Shown here: positions 32,922 to 34,885 of the stretch, piece by piece
Position numbering within the stretch: the stretch's first letter is position 1
Layout of the letters: each line of letters opens with the position of its first letter
Notes under the pieces: model-generated
Databases searched by the model: none
Seen by the model: only the letters and a program-made list of their open reading frames with translations
What the model was told of the DNA's origin: nothing
DNA from: Nitrospirota bacterium
GTDB lineage: Bacteria; Nitrospirota; Thermodesulfovibrionia; Thermodesulfovibrionales; UBA1546
DNA: 34,885 bases
Reading direction: 5' to 3'
Assembly: GCA_004298625.1 (NCBI GenBank)
Contig: SCSY01000159.1
Coordinates: forward strand, 1-34,885
Program-made: the position numbers and the translations under genes

Positions 32922-34885
32922 TCAGCTTATGCAGACGCTTCTGACTTCTTTGTGGTCTGTCTGCCCTTTGAATATCTTTGCGATGCCGTCCTGATAGACA
33001 GTCCTCATGCCCTCTTTCATCGCCTGTTCTTTGATTTCCTCGGCCAGCGCCTTTTTCGCAATGAGCGGTTTTATTATCTTTGAGCCTATCAGGAGTTCGT
33101 GTATCCCTGTCCTGCCTTTATACCCTGTCTGATTGCACGCATCGCAGCCTTTTGCCCTGTAAAGCATAAGCTTGTCTGTGTATCCTATGCCGAGCTCTGG
33201 GAAATAACCTGCGCCGTATGCCTTTACAATGCTGTCGAATTCCTCTTTTGCCGGATGATACGGTTCTTTACAGTTTTTGCATAAGGTGCGCACCAGACGT
33301 TGAGCCAATATGCCGAGCAGCGCATCGGCAAAATTGAACGGATCAATTCCCATATCAATAAGGCGCACGACAGTCTCGGCAGCGCTGTTGGTATGCAGCG
33401 TGCTGAGGACCAGATGACCTGTCAGAGACGCCTCGATGCCTATTGCGGCAGTTTCATTGTCTCTCATCTCGCCGACCATTATTACATCGGGGTCCGCCCT
33501 CAGGAACGCCCGCATCGCCCTTGCAAAATCCAGTTCTATTTTCGGTTTTACCTCAAGCTGGCGCAGCCCGTCCTGGGTTATCTCGACAGGGTCCTCCGCC
33601 GTCCATATTTTTACATCAGGTGTGTTTATGTATGAGAGCGCTGAATGAAGCGTGGTTGTTTTGCCGGAACCGGTGGGGCCGACAACGAGGATTATCCCGT
33701 AAGGTTTTTCGATAATATCTTTGAAGTTGGTGTAGTTCGATGCGGAGAGATTAAGCGCTTCGAGAGGCATTTTTTCAGTTGAACCGAGGATTCTCAGCAC
33801 TGCGTCTTCCCCGCCTACCGTAGGCAGCGTCGCTACGCGGAGTTCAACAGGTTTGTCTTTATAAAAGAATTTAATCTTGCCGTCCTGGGGCAGCCTTTTT
33901 TCGGCTATGTCGAGGTTTGCCATTATCTTTATTCTTGAGATCATAGCCTTGCTGTGTGTTATCGGCACTTCGAGGTGCTTGAAGCATACGCCGTCAACCC
34001 TGAAACGTATGGTCGTTGCCTTCTTGCCTTTACTCGGCTCGACATGAATATCCGATGCGCCCTTTTCGTATCCATCTATAATTATCTGATTGACAAGCCG
34101 CACAATTGTGCTTTCATTTTCATCAATTGTCTCTCCAGCCTCTACTTCGGTTTCACTCGCATCTTTCACATTCATCTCGGCAAGGATGTCCGAGAGCGAT
34201 CCCGGAGCTATGTCTCTGGAATCCATTTCGAGGGTTTGGAGAAATTTAAGGATGTCGTCTTTTAAGGCTACCTGGTATTCGATTTCCTTTGCCCTGATGA
34301 GGCTCTTAACTTCTATGACCTTCGGGTCCTTGGGATTGTCAATTAGTATTACCGCCTTATTTGCAGTAACCGACAGCGGAACCCATAATGCCTTTTTCAG
34401 GTATGACAAATTTGTACCCTTAAGCAATTCTCTCGGAATAAATAAGTTGGTGCTGTATTCAACGAACTTGCATCCGTAAAATTGGCTTAATGAGGCGCCG
34501 ATATCCTTTTTCTTTACCTTGTAGTTTTCCATAAGGATTGTCTCGACATCTTTTTTCTGCTCCCGCGCAGCTGCCATGGCCGCCTTCAATTCATTGTCCG
34601 TAATTATGTTATGACTTATCAGATAGTCGAAACGGGTTGTGTGAATCATCTTGAACTGGTTTCTGAAGGCAATGCCCAATACCCGCGCAATTTCAACAAT
34701 GACCTTCTCGTCTACTTTGCCGAACGCAGCCGCATTTTTCTTATTGATAAGTTGTATAACTCCGAGGAGCTTGTTTTCAAAGGGTATGGGCGCAGCCAGC
34801 ACCTGTTTTGTCCTGAACCCTGATTTTTCATCCCAGCTTTTATCGAAATTCAGCCGGGCGTCTATTTTCGCCAGTTCTGCATCGT
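32922..34885 (-). CDS. GspE/PilB-family secretion ATPase with N-terminal GAF domain; 5' end outside the window
   Basis: Walker A GPTGSGKTT, Asp and His boxes, and a C-terminal CKNC..CDAC zinc motif. The frame stays open upstream of the track start at 34802 (GTG), reading DAELAKIDARLNFDKSWDEKSGFRTKQ with no stop to the window end. Confidence 0.9.
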   Translation of the reverse strand, partial: DAELAKIDARLNFDKSWDEKSGFRTKQVLAAPIPFENKLLGVIQLINKKNAAAFGKVDEKVIVEIARVLGIAFRNQFKMIHTTRFDYLISHNIITDNELKAAMAAAREQKKDVETILMENYKVKKKDIGASLSQFYGCKFVEYSTNLFIPRELLKGTNLSYLKKALWVPLSVTANKAVILIDNPKDPKVIEVKSLIRAKEIEYQVALKDDILKFLQTLEMDSRDIAPGSLSDILAEMNVKDASETEVEAGETIDENESTIVRLVNQIIIDGYEKGASDIHVEPSKGKKATTIRFRVDGVCFKHLEVPITHSKAMISRIKIMANLDIAEKRLPQDGKIKFFYKDKPVELRVATLPTVGGEDAVLRILGSTEKMPLEALNLSASNYTNFKDIIEKPYGIILVVGPTGSGKTTTLHSALSYINTPDVKIWTAEDPVEITQDGLRQLEVKPKIELDFARAMRAFLRADPDVIMVGEMRDNETAAIGIEASLTGHLVLSTLHTNSAAETVVRLIDMGIDPFNFADALLGILAQRLVRTLCKNCKEPYHPAKEEFDSIVKAYGAGYFPELGIGYTDKLMLYRAKGCDACNQTGYKGRTGIHELLIGSKIIKPLIAKKALAEEIKEQAMKEGMRTVYQDGIAKIFKGQTDHKEVRSVCIS

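Noticed and set aside
1-34885. Search by eye for tRNA/rRNA genes, IS elements, integrases, toxin-antitoxin pairs and other defence-island hallmarks
   Set aside because: I saw no T-arm/acceptor-like structures, transposase or recombinase motifs, or flanking inverted or direct repeats of IS size. The window looks like core chromosome. A proper tRNAscan or Infernal run could still find small RNAs that I cannot see.

Overview
A 34.9-kb chromosomal segment that is almost fully coding, with about 40 genes. I saw no rRNA, tRNA, CRISPR array, transposase, integrase or phage genes. Gene content suggests an anaerobic or microaerophilic sulfur-cycling bacterium, possibly Nitrospirota- or Desulfobacterota-like; that taxonomy is inference only.

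Gene blocks:
- 20-6340: tightly packed two-component operon, sensor kinase / REC / sensor kinase / REC-HD-GYP.
- 6.5-14.9 kb: redox and oxidative-stress style cluster. It holds a Tat-signal Fe/Mn SOD, ferritin-like and rubrerythrin-like proteins, CBS and cupin proteins, a cytochrome P460-like protein, a DsrC/TusE-family protein, a DUF255 thioredoxin-domain protein and a nitroreductase.
- 15-21.3 kb: GT9 heptosyltransferase, then a sulfur-trafficking set. The set comprises a DsrE-like protein, a 56-aa ORF missing from the track, a secreted rhodanese, a GT39-like membrane protein, YeeE/YedE, TusA and a Gly/Tyr-repeat protein.
- 21.3-27.1 kb: USP, an FAD oxidoreductase plus B12-binding radical-SAM pair, an HPF-cold-shock-domain fusion convergent with cspA, and a SPASM radical-SAM gene.
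- 27.2-30 kb: TPR protein translationally coupled to a tandem CsgG-like protein.
- Minus strand, 29.9-34.9 kb: fabD, etfA (with ferredoxin domain), etfB, and a GAF-GspE/PilB ATPase that runs off the window.

The most unusual signal is not a gene. It is a set of short structured repeats of two kinds: heptanucleotide arrays, often as two roughly complementary arms, and GC-rich CCCC..GGGG palindromes. They sit at gene junctions and are also read in frame inside at least five conserved enzymes. One case is the homologous loop of both paralogous kinases. All homology calls come from motif recognition by eye; no searches were run.
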